Source of the DNA: an uncultured archaeon
Lineage (GTDB): Archaea; Aenigmatarchaeota; Aenigmatarchaeia; CG10238-14
Length of the DNA: 34,045 nucleotides
Direction: 5' to 3'
NCBI GenBank assembly: GCA_964392445.1
Contig: CAYMPD010000013.1
Coordinates: 1 to 34,045 of the forward strand
A program made the position numbers and the translations under genes. The notes below the pieces were generated by a model, which did not search any database, had not been told where the DNA came from, and worked only from the letters and a program-made list of their open reading frames with translations. Below are positions 26,266 through 34,045 of the stretch, piece after piece; positions within the stretch are counted from its first letter, which is position 1, and every line of letters begins with the position of its first letter.

Positions 26266-26547
26266 TTATTTTAGTTCTCGGGAAAATGCTTTTTCTAGGT
26301 CCTGAACCTTATTTTCGATTCTCTGAGCAGTATCATCCAATGCTTTAGTATGGGTATATCTGCCTTCCATTTTTAGGATTATTTTAGGTTGGGCCATGTA
26401 AGGATGTTCTTGTACAGCTGCGGCCTCATCAACACCATCGCTATTCCAAAGCTCTTCTCGGATTAGATTTGCAAAGGTTTTACTTTCGCCTTCTAGTTCT
26501 ATTACCCATGTTTTGTCTTTTTCTTTGATTTTTTTAACTTCCATCAA
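26266..26547 (-). CDS. rpoL: RNA polymerase subunit L (Rpo11)
   Basis: IELEGESKTFANLIREEL and EHP..PKI pattern. Confidence 0.88.
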   Translation of the reverse strand: MMEVKKIKEKDKTWVIELEGESKTFANLIREELWNSDGVDEAAAVQEHPYMAQPKIILKMEGRYTHTKALDDTAQRIENKVQDLEKAFSRELK

Positions 26548-26590
26548 TTCACCGCACTCTAATTATGTTAACGTATAACTTTTTAAATGT

Positions 26591-27238
26591 TTAAGACATC
26601 TTTCGGACAACATACAAGTCCACATCAAAAGAAACCGATGTTCTTGTGTGAAATTTAAAAGTATGAGGCATTCTAAATTGGAGTTGAATTATTTTTTCTA
26701 CTTTTCCTCCATGTTTTTCTATGTATTTAGTCAAGAACATTCTAGATTTAGAATAAGATCTATGTAGTGAGTAAATAATATTACCAGATTCTAAAGCTTT
26801 CTCAAGAAAGATTCTGTCCGCATGCTCTTTCTGTATTCCAAATGGTGGGTTTTGGATAACTGTGTCAACTTTTCCTTCCCAGGATTCAATACCTGAGTGG
26901 ATAAATTCTATCTTTTCTTTGATTTTCTTACCTGACTCTTTCTCCGCTATTTCAATATTTTCCCTTGCAACTTCCAGGACTTTTTCATCTATATCAACTC
27001 CAATCACTTTCTTCGCCCCCATCAGTGCACAACCTATTACCAATCTACCAGAACCACAGCCCAAGTCCAATACTGATTTATCTCTAACATCCCCCGAGAG
27101 AAGAGCTAAGTTTATTATATCTGCCGCCAGTTCTCCTGGAATCTGGTATTGCTCTAATTCAGGCTTAGGATTAGGATTAGATTTGAATTTGGAAAGTATT
27201 ATTGCTAATTGTTTTTTGGACAAAGTTTGTTCTGACAT
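26591..27238 (-). CDS. METTL5-family RNA methyltransferase
   Basis: LEQY, VLDLGCGSG, NPPFG, YSLH, PHTFKFH. Upstream of rpoL as in many archaea. Confidence 0.92.
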   Translation of the reverse strand: MSEQTLSKKQLAIILSKFKSNPNPKPELEQYQIPGELAADIINLALLSGDVRDKSVLDLGCGSGRLVIGCALMGAKKVIGVDIDEKVLEVARENIEIAEKESGKKIKEKIEFIHSGIESWEGKVDTVIQNPPFGIQKEHADRIFLEKALESGNIIYSLHRSYSKSRMFLTKYIEKHGGKVEKIIQLQFRMPHTFKFHTRTSVSFDVDLYVVRKMS

Positions 27239-27279
27239 ACACTAAAGAATTAAGATAAATAAATAAAAAATTGCCTACA

Positions 27280-27564
27280 TTACAATTTTGACCCACCTTT
27301 AATCATAAGAATCTCTGAGACTGTTTTAAGGGTATCTGGATTCACTGTGACCATCTTAACCATTCCCATCTGAAAAATCGCTATTATTCCCAGAATTGAT
27401 AGTACTTCGACTATTCCCGAAAGTTTGTGTCTTTCTATTCCTGTTTTTTCTGATAGTGCTGAGATTGATAACCCAGGCTTTCCTTGTTCTCTCTCCTTAA
27501 AAAGAGTTTTCATAATAGTCTTAATTTTACTATTTTTTAACAGAGTCTTAAATGGTCTAGCCAT
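27280..27564 (-). CDS. Winged helix-turn-helix protein
   Basis: LSISALSEKTGIERHKLSGIVEVLSILGII helix-turn-helix pattern followed by a beta wing. Confidence 0.75.
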   Translation of the reverse strand: MARPFKTLLKNSKIKTIMKTLFKEREQGKPGLSISALSEKTGIERHKLSGIVEVLSILGIIAIFQMGMVKMVTVNPDTLKTVSEILMIKGGSKL

Positions 27565-27614
27565 TTATCACACCCCTCTGGTTTCATATTTGGAGCGACA
27601 TATTTAAATAATTT

Positions 27615-27650
27615 TGGTACGTATATTGGTATAGATACTGGTACCTATAT
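27615..27650. repeat. Three tandem 12-bp direct repeats (TGGTAYnkATAY)
   Basis: TGGTACGTATAT, TGGTATAGATAC and TGGTACCTATAT, contiguous in the divergent intergenic region. Confidence 0.75.
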
Positions 27651-27672
27651 AGTTAAATTAAGAGGGATAATT

Positions 27673-28962
27673 GTGGATGAAATTAGAATTGGAATTTTTG
27701 GGAGTAGTACTCAATCTGGGACATCTTTCACAGCAGATTTAATTGATCATGGATATATCGTATATGGTTATTCTCGTCCTTCCGGACATGGTAAAAAATT
27801 TGTAGATACAGTTAGGGATCAATGCGGTATATATCTAGAAAGGCCCCAAAGCGTTGACACAGAAGAATCTAGATTTGTAGAAATTGATTATCCTAACACA
27901 GTAGGGCATGATATCCAAAGACTTGTAGACACATCTGATTTAATTGTCCTTGCTCACCCCTCAATATATCAAGTTGAAACTACTAGAAAATTAAGAGATG
28001 CTACTGATATTCTAAGTAGAAAAGTGCCTCTCGTTCTTTCACCTGGTAGAAGCTTTGCCAGTCCTTATATTTGGAATGAACTCGGGGAGAATTATCCATT
28101 AGTAGTTTTTTCCACCTGTCCCTATTCCTGTAAATCCCTAGAACCCGGAAGATCTTATATAAAAAGGAGAAAGAGAAATTGGGTAGGGTCACTTGAAGGT
28201 GATATTGCTGATGAAACATTAGAAATGATAAGAACTATATGGCCTCAGGTTTTATTTAATCGAATACCAGGAACAACTACATTAAATAATATTGGTGCTA
28301 TTTTTCATCCAACACCATATATCCTTGCTTGGGATGAAATAAAAAAGTCGGAAAGAGACGGAAAAAATATTTCTTATTATATAAAACTTATTGTAGAGAG
28401 ACCTGGAGTTGGAAGGATAATTGAAGAAATAGACCAAATGAGATTAGGGATAGCCCACGCAGTAGGTCTCCCCACTTTCGGATATAACCCTAATCCGAGG
28501 GAAGAGGAATGGATGGATATGATGAATCATTTAAGGGAATCCGAAGATGAATATGATGATGGTCTAGATGGTCTCAGAAGTTTAAGAACACAAAAACTTC
28601 GAACTATTAGTAAAGCTGTTGTTGCTTCTCCTCATTGGTTAGATTATACTTACGGTGTTGAAAGGATTCCAGGAGAGCATCTATCAGAAACCATAGGTAG
28701 AACCCCTACTTACCAAAAAAGATCGGTTCCTCAAAGAAGATATGTAGAGGAAGACGTCCCTGCAAGTCTTGTGCCTCTAGAAGAAGCGGCTGTTAAATTT
28801 GGTGTTCCTCACAAGACCGCTAGTGAGATAATAGACCTTTATGGTGAAAAAATAAATAAAGATCCGAGAGTATCTAAAAGTGCCAGAAACTTGGAAGAAT
28901 TTGATGTTAAATACTTGAGAGAATATTTGACCGGGGAACTTTTTAAAGAAGATGTGATTTAA
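27673..28962 (+). CDS. NAD/NADP octopine/nopaline (opine) dehydrogenase family protein
   Basis: Atypical Rossmann start IGIFGSSTQSG, LNNIGAIFHP, IDQMRLGIAHAVG, RYVEEDVPASLVPL. Confidence 0.8.
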   Translation: MDEIRIGIFGSSTQSGTSFTADLIDHGYIVYGYSRPSGHGKKFVDTVRDQCGIYLERPQSVDTEESRFVEIDYPNTVGHDIQRLVDTSDLIVLAHPSIYQVETTRKLRDATDILSRKVPLVLSPGRSFASPYIWNELGENYPLVVFSTCPYSCKSLEPGRSYIKRRKRNWVGSLEGDIADETLEMIRTIWPQVLFNRIPGTTTLNNIGAIFHPTPYILAWDEIKKSERDGKNISYYIKLIVERPGVGRIIEEIDQMRLGIAHAVGLPTFGYNPNPREEEWMDMMNHLRESEDEYDDGLDGLRSLRTQKLRTISKAVVASPHWLDYTYGVERIPGEHLSETIGRTPTYQKRSVPQRRYVEEDVPASLVPLEEAAVKFGVPHKTASEIIDLYGEKINKDPRVSKSARNLEEFDVKYLREYLTGELFKEDVI

Positions 28963-30836
28963 TGGGTAAAAGAATTTTATTTACAACTTTGGGGAAAGAC
29001 CCCCACATACAAGGTATTTTTAAAGCTGGGAGAATAGCAAGGGAAAGTGGTTATGATGTATCTATATTACCACCTGGAACACCAGAAGAGAATATTTTAA
29101 GGGAAATTCAGATATATGATCCCACGCATATTGGATTTAGTTATAGATTAACACCCGAAAATGGTTTAGATTTTTATACATCAATAATGAGAAAATTATC
29201 ATCCAACGCTCTTTTATCTAGATTAAACGGCGAAAAAAGAAAAATATCATTTGCCGGTCTCCCAAAGACTGTAGAAATGGTGGCAAATTCCGATTTGGGG
29301 AGAAAATATGATGTTTATGGTGTTCAGCAAGATAAAAACCCCATTAGATCAGTAGAGAGATTATTAGATTATTTAGATATATATGATAATAGAAGAAAAG
29401 GGATTTTGGAAAGCTCTAGACAAAGATTAATTCCACCTAGAATAGATCTCCTAGATCAGTTAGCAGTTGAAGTTATTGAGGAGGAACGGAAAGAAGATCC
29501 CTTAGAAAAACCATCTGCAGAAGCTATAAACTCTTATATATCAAGAATTCTTGAAGTTTGGTCAGAAAGACCTCTGCTAAGAGTACATTATGGGGAACCT
29601 GGATTAACAATAAATCCAACTATTAAAGGTATAAGACAACTTGCCAATGAAGGGGTAGTAGATGAAATATCCTTAGGTTCATCTGATTTTTCTCAAAGAT
29701 ATTTTGATAGACCTGAAAAATGGGTAGGTAAAAATGATGGTGGAGTTCCCTACAGAAATTTTGATGATTTAATGGAACTTCTTGAAGCGACTAGAAGAGG
29801 AAATTATCCCTCCATAAGAACATATGCGCATGTAGTTAATTTAGTGGGATATGCCATTGGATGTATAAAAAGAGATATAATTGGACCATCACATCATGCA
29901 GTCCCACTATATTACTTTAACGAGTTAGATGGAAGGGGGCCTACCCCCGTACAAGAATCAATAGAAGAACATAATAACACAGTTCAAATATTAGGTGAAT
30001 ATGGAATAGCTACAGAAATGAACGATCCAAATCAATGGCAATCAAGGTGGGCACCTGATTCTACAATAGTTGCTGATTATGGACTCATAACTTCTATAAT
30101 GCTAGCTAATGGGGTTAAGGATATGGTTCTACAAATGCAATTTAATAAACCAAGAGAAACTAGTGATTATGGAGATTTAGCTAAGTTTACTGCTGCACTC
30201 AAATTAGTAGACATATTAACTTCACCCCAAATGAAAGATAGAATTAGAATACTGAGACAGACCAGAACAGGAATAGGTTATTTTGAACCAGATATCGGTA
30301 TGGCTGATTATCAATTGGCGCGCTCAACAATACTTCAGAGTATGATTGAACCCCATGCTGTACACATAGTACCATCATGTGAAGCTCTGTACGCAGCAAA
30401 ACCTGATGATATAATAAAAAGTTCAGATTTGGTAAGAAAAGCTTATAGTATGTATCGTAAACATAGGGACGATTTGAGATCATATCTCACATATCCAAAA
30501 GTGATTGAAAGACGTGATGAATTAGTTGATGAGGCTCTATTTCTTTTGAGAGAAATAGCAAAATTAAACCCAGAATATCCCTCATGTGGTTACGCGGATG
30601 AAGAATTATGGAGATACTTACATGATGCTCGTACCTTGTACAGAGCCCTAGAAGAAGGTTACATGTCTGCTCCCGGAATATTTACCGAGCCATATAGGAC
30701 TATGAGTAGAGATATATATACAGATATGATACCTGGTGGGTTTTTGGATATGGTAGATCCGAACACTTTCCAGACAATTTCACAAGAAGACCGTCTAAAT
30801 ACTTTGAAGCCCACCCATAATCGTTTAATTGGTTGA
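28962..30836 (+). CDS. Cobalamin-binding domain fused to a mutase-like catalytic domain
   Basis: DPHIQG matches the DxHxxG base-off/His-on motif, with GFSYRL downstream. The large C-terminal domain is inferred to be a glutamate-mutase/aminomutase-like barrel. Overlaps the opine dehydrogenase stop by 1 nt. Confidence 0.7.
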   Translation: MGKRILFTTLGKDPHIQGIFKAGRIARESGYDVSILPPGTPEENILREIQIYDPTHIGFSYRLTPENGLDFYTSIMRKLSSNALLSRLNGEKRKISFAGLPKTVEMVANSDLGRKYDVYGVQQDKNPIRSVERLLDYLDIYDNRRKGILESSRQRLIPPRIDLLDQLAVEVIEEERKEDPLEKPSAEAINSYISRILEVWSERPLLRVHYGEPGLTINPTIKGIRQLANEGVVDEISLGSSDFSQRYFDRPEKWVGKNDGGVPYRNFDDLMELLEATRRGNYPSIRTYAHVVNLVGYAIGCIKRDIIGPSHHAVPLYYFNELDGRGPTPVQESIEEHNNTVQILGEYGIATEMNDPNQWQSRWAPDSTIVADYGLITSIMLANGVKDMVLQMQFNKPRETSDYGDLAKFTAALKLVDILTSPQMKDRIRILRQTRTGIGYFEPDIGMADYQLARSTILQSMIEPHAVHIVPSCEALYAAKPDDIIKSSDLVRKAYSMYRKHRDDLRSYLTYPKVIERRDELVDEALFLLREIAKLNPEYPSCGYADEELWRYLHDARTLYRALEEGYMSAPGIFTEPYRTMSRDIYTDMIPGGFLDMVDPNTFQTISQEDRLNTLKPTHNRLIG

Positions 30837-31077
30837 TATGTTAGCTAAAAATAATAATCAAAAACCAATAAGAGGATTAAGAAGATTTCTTCTTACCTCA
30901 ATAGGATATTGTGAGATATGTTTAGACGAAGGTCGGAAAACAAGGATTCAAAAAGTGTCAACCAAAGTTATTTATAGAGATCATATAAGCACTGTTTTAC
31001 TATTGAGAAGAGAATGTCCCTATGGACATGGGAGCTTAGTTCGAAGAGCATACAGTCATACCGACGCAGAATTCTAA
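30829..31077 (+). CDS. Small hypothetical protein with possible Zn site
   Basis: CEIC...CPYGH. Overlaps the end of the B12 protein gene. Confidence 0.5.
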   Translation: MVDMLAKNNNQKPIRGLRRFLLTSIGYCEICLDEGRKTRIQKVSTKVIYRDHISTVLLLRRECPYGHGSLVRRAYSHTDAEF

Positions 31078-31169
31078 CCAAAAACAATCTCATCATCTAA
31101 CCTAGGACAAATCATATTCACCAAAACATCAAACTTAAATCCTTCTAACTTATCATCAGTAATCCTCAT
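31074..31169 (-). pseudogene. Diverged duplicate of the dph2 3' end (31-codon mini-ORF)
   Basis: MRITDDKLEGFKFDVLVNMICPRLDDEIVFG* versus dph2 RITDNKLEGFKLDVLVNMVCPRLDDEIVFG*. 78/90 nt identical to 32349-32438. Confidence 0.88.
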
Positions 31170-31782
31170 TAGCTAGTATCTCAATAAATTTCGAAGTGCC
31201 TTCCAGAATAATATGATTTCTCACTATAGTCTGATAAATTTCCTTGTCAAAGTTCTTCCTGAAATTCCCGACAGTATCAATTCTGGGTGATATCTCATGA
31301 TCGAAAGTAACAAAACTCCTCTCTATTTCCTTCTTCAAATTTTCAGTATCAATTTCTCCATTTGTTAAAAAAAGTATATCTAAATCAGAGTCCTCAGTTT
31401 GTGAGTAATTAGCAAAGGATCCAAAAATCATCAGTATCTTCACATTTTTATCCAAATTTCTTAACAATTGGTTGAAGGGACCAATTAAATCTTTATTTTC
31501 ATCCATGAATTGTTCTCTTTTCTCTGACTCTATCAGAATGTAAGCGCTTTTTCCCTCCTCACTCTTAAAATTTGGATAAAATCTTCTAATTAAAGTTTTA
31601 CCACCCCCAGTAATCTTGTCTTCTTTAATTATGTCTAAACCCAATAAATGATCAAGTCTTTTCTGTCCTGTACCAACTGAAACTTTAGCTTTGTCTACCA
31701 GTTCACTAATTTTTATACCCGGATTTTCATAAATTACTTTCAATATTTGATATTCGGATTTTGGAAAAATTTTCATTGGCAC
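31156..31782 (-). CDS. wHTH-fused minimal nucleotidyltransferase (MNT antitoxin)
   Basis: N-terminal HTH, then IFGSFA...SDLDILF. Confidence 0.88.
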   Translation of the reverse strand: MPMKIFPKSEYQILKVIYENPGIKISELVDKAKVSVGTGQKRLDHLLGLDIIKEDKITGGGKTLIRRFYPNFKSEEGKSAYILIESEKREQFMDENKDLIGPFNQLLRNLDKNVKILMIFGSFANYSQTEDSDLDILFLTNGEIDTENLKKEIERSFVTFDHEISPRIDTVGNFRKNFDKEIYQTIVRNHIILEGTSKFIEILANEDY

Positions 31783-32291
31783 TCACCCTCAACAAATGAT
31801 ACAAATTTCTTGGCAAAATCTCTAGTGATTTTAGCGTCATGTTTACTAACATCCCTCCATTTTTCCGTATCATACTGACTTATTTTCCTTGCTTCGAATA
31901 TAACTGCAAAACCAAAAATGTCTGAGAAACGCTCGTATATATCTCCTAATTCCTTGTATAATTTTTCTGGTATCAAATTTTCTTTTTTTAAAGCAAGTAT
32001 CGCACATGAATGATCTTTGGAATAAAACTCTAATTTATTAACTAACAAAGCATTGGTGACGTGAAAGATGGTATAATAACTTTTAGTGACCACCCATCTC
32101 CAATTTTTATTTTCGTAATCCGTCTTAATAGAATTCAAATCATCTTTAGCTAATTCTAAGTGTTCCAGATGAGATTTCTTGGATACTTTTACGAATTTTT
32201 TTCTTTTCTTACAACTAACAAAAGAATTTATCAATTTTTTCTTAGTCTTTGGAAATTTTACGTTAATTTCCTTGAATATCTTACCAGACAT
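31773..32291 (-). CDS. HEPN-domain protein (MNT-HEPN module)
   Basis: A..DL..., W.V.KSYYTIFH, H, R..SQY pattern. Overlaps the MNT start. Confidence 0.85.
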   Translation of the reverse strand: MSGKIFKEINVKFPKTKKKLINSFVSCKKRKKFVKVSKKSHLEHLELAKDDLNSIKTDYENKNWRWVVTKSYYTIFHVTNALLVNKLEFYSKDHSCAILALKKENLIPEKLYKELGDIYERFSDIFGFAVIFEARKISQYDTEKWRDVSKHDAKITRDFAKKFVSFVEGECQ

Positions 32292-32345
32292 TTTTATCTA
32301 TATATATAGACAAATTTATCTTTATAAATATAACGGTTTTTAATT

Positions 32346-33239
32346 TTAACCAAAAACAATCTCATCATCCAATCTAGGACAAACCATATTAACCAAAACA
32401 TCGAGCTTAAACCCCTCTAACTTATTATCTGTGATTCTATCAAAAGCAAGAATAGTAACGTCTTTCCCCTCTTCTTCCAATTCTTTCTTCAATTTTCTAG
32501 CCTCATCAATTCTGTTCTGACCTTTTTTCCAAGAAACAATTATTCCAACAGTATCAGCATCTTCCAATTGGCCATCATGCCATGCTTTTTTCTTCAGATA
32601 TTTCATCTTTTCATCTTCTAAACTATAAATCTCATTTTTTTCAACATCCAGACTAAAAACTGGTTTTTCAACCTTAACAGCAACACCAAGAGGATGAAAC
32701 CTACCCGCTCCCGCATACAAAAAGCAGTCAACCTTATCTTCAATAGCTTCAGCAGGATAAACACAACAACCCAAGATCTGACCAGGGTATTCAAGTGTTT
32801 TGTGAATGAAAACTTTCTTACCGTTATTTTCTAGATATTTCTTAACTTTTTCCATAGCGTCCAAGAACTGAACACTTGTAACCAAACCTATTTTTTTGTA
32901 AGGGCTCAATTTATGAAATTCTTTTTCCAAAGCAGAAATAGGATCAACGTCCAATCTATATTCCCAATAAACTACTGGTATCTCACTTTTCAACCCAAAA
33001 TCGGTGTGTCCTATATGAAGAATCGTATCGCATCCTAGTCTTTTCGCTTCGGCATCTCTCAAATCACAAGCACCATAACATGGTTCCAAGCATAAAAGCA
33101 GCTCAAAACCTTCTTTTTCTAATTCTCTGGAAATATCTGTTATTTTTGTAGTTAATCCTTCGGGGTATTGAATGAATATTTTCTTAGTATCCGACTGATT
33201 TAACTTTTTTAGAATTTCTTTTGGTATTATTTTTATCAC
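32346..33239 (-). CDS. dph2: Diphthamide biosynthesis protein Dph2
   Basis: QYPEGL, CYGACD, HIGH, GQILGC, GRFHP, CPR, giving three Fe-S Cys ligands. Confidence 0.93.
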   Translation of the reverse strand: MIKIIPKEILKKLNQSDTKKIFIQYPEGLTTKITDISRELEKEGFELLLCLEPCYGACDLRDAEAKRLGCDTILHIGHTDFGLKSEIPVVYWEYRLDVDPISALEKEFHKLSPYKKIGLVTSVQFLDAMEKVKKYLENNGKKVFIHKTLEYPGQILGCCVYPAEAIEDKVDCFLYAGAGRFHPLGVAVKVEKPVFSLDVEKNEIYSLEDEKMKYLKKKAWHDGQLEDADTVGIIVSWKKGQNRIDEARKLKKELEEEGKDVTILAFDRITDNKLEGFKLDVLVNMVCPRLDDEIVFG

Positions 33240-33645
33240 CTAATTTTTTCAACATCTGACGAGGTGTAAGTATTTCTATTCCTTTGAATTTTTTAATCTT
33301 CAAAAGATGTTCATCGCCAGAAACTATAAATTTTGCATTTCCATCATAAGCGCACTCGAGTATATGATTATCATTTGGATCTTCTTCTATCACATCAAAC
33401 TTCGATTTCAGCTTTACTATTTCGGAAAAATTGCTTAGTAAACTTAAAAATTCTTCTGGATCCTGTTTCAGGTACTTATTAACTTTTTTGTCTTTTACAC
33501 TTTTCCTAAACTCTTTTATTATTTCTTCTGAAATCACAGGCTTAATATCTCCATCTATAACTTTTTCAAATAATTTTCTAGGATTTCCTTTCAAACCAAT
33601 TATGGCTGAAATTAAAACATTAGTATCAAAGACTATTTTTTTCAT
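33184..33645 (-). CDS. PIN-domain toxin (VapC-like, COG1569-type)
   Basis: VFDTNVLISA, EDPNDNHILECA, IVSGDEHLL. Confidence 0.92.
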   Translation of the reverse strand: MKKIVFDTNVLISAIIGLKGNPRKLFEKVIDGDIKPVISEEIIKEFRKSVKDKKVNKYLKQDPEEFLSLLSNFSEIVKLKSKFDVIEEDPNDNHILECAYDGNAKFIVSGDEHLLKIKKFKGIEILTPRQMLKKLGDKNNTKRNSKKVKSVGY

Positions 33646-33917
33646 CTTGATCGTCTTTTTCTATTTTTATGAACTATTTCATTTATTTCTTTCATTGAAA
33701 GTCCACCGTGTTCTTTGACATTTTCATTCGATTTTTTTATGAACTCTTTAAATTCCCTTTTTACATCTGGAATTTTCATTCTTTTCAAAAGAACAGTATC
33801 ATCATATCCAAAAACAACGAATTTGGTCTTTGGTTTTAATTTCATTTCTTTTCTAATTTCTTTAGGTATGACTACTTGTCCTCTTGAAGACATGGTAGTT
33901 ATTTCTGGTTCAACCAT
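33642..33917 (-). CDS. AbrB/MazE/SpoVT-family antitoxin
   Basis: TTMSSRGQVVIPKEIRKEM. 4-nt overlap with the PIN gene. Confidence 0.92.
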   Translation of the reverse strand: MVEPEITTMSSRGQVVIPKEIRKEMKLKPKTKFVVFGYDDTVLLKRMKIPDVKREFKEFIKKSNENVKEHGGLSMKEINEIVHKNRKRRSR

Positions 33918-33963
33918 TTACATCACCAATAAGATTATCTTATTTTCTTACTTAAGTATCTAT

Positions 33964-34045
33964 CTATTCTTCCAAACGGGACCCTAAATCACCAACTCCA
34001 GCAAATAAGGTAACAAAATAACCAATATAAGCACCAAAAAGAAGA
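33964..34045 (-). CDS. 3' end of a probable membrane protein running off the window
   Basis: LLFGAYIGYFVTLFAGVGDLGSRLEE* by hand translation. Confidence 0.4.
   Translation of the reverse strand, partial: LLFGAYIGYFVTLFAGVGDLGSRLEE

Noticed and set aside
26266-27238. No csl4 between the METTL5 gene and rpoL
   Set aside because: Gene loss or rearrangement is common in reduced archaea, and absence cannot be judged from one window.
32346-32440. Dph2 appears short after the CPR motif, suggesting truncation by the toxin-antitoxin insertion
   Set aside because: Both 3' end copies stop at the same codon, so the short C-terminus predates the insertion.
519-33987. Numerous 60-145 aa antisense or overlapping ORFs in the track (e.g. 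3949-4323, 8350-8784, 15424-15726, 26862-27245)
   Set aside because: They lie opposite well-supported genes, lack motifs and start signals, and are expected shadow ORFs.
1-34045. CRISPR array, integrase, transposase or rRNA
   Set aside because: No regularly spaced repeat-spacer pattern, recombinase motif or rRNA-like tract was seen. The only tandem repeat has no spacers.

Overview
This is an AT-rich archaeal window. The compact gene set (dph2/dph5, trm5, rpoL, archaeal SRP RNA, Tad-like pilus locus) suggests a DPANN-type genome, which is inference only. Left to right it holds: a type IV pilus locus with a divergent operon of uncharacterised coiled-coil and membrane proteins; housekeeping genes; a cysteine locus (LAGLIDADG gene, tRNA-Cys, cysK, cysS); an SRP RNA; acdA, an SDR, pyrG, a radical SAM gene and rpoL; an opine dehydrogenase plus B12-mutase pair; and dph2 flanked by two toxin-antitoxin modules. 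The best candidate for a new system is the cysteine locus. cysK has no in-frame start upstream of its conserved IGNTPL motif. It overlaps in the +1 frame a Shine-Dalgarno (SD)-led 9-codon leader (MTGELVCQG*) whose shift window reads SD-ATTA-GTT-TGT(Cys), resembling the prfB +1 frameshift site with a Cys codon in place of the stop. A second, diverged copy of the leader (MAGELVCKV*) lies 1 kb upstream with the same +1 geometry. Between them is a tRNA-Cys(GCA) with three introns (8/9, 30/31, 37/38), embedded in the LAGLIDADG reading frame and preceded by a duplicate acceptor strand. All folding, alignment and counting was done by hand and no database was searched. A 1-nt assembly error remains the null hypothesis for the cysK offset.
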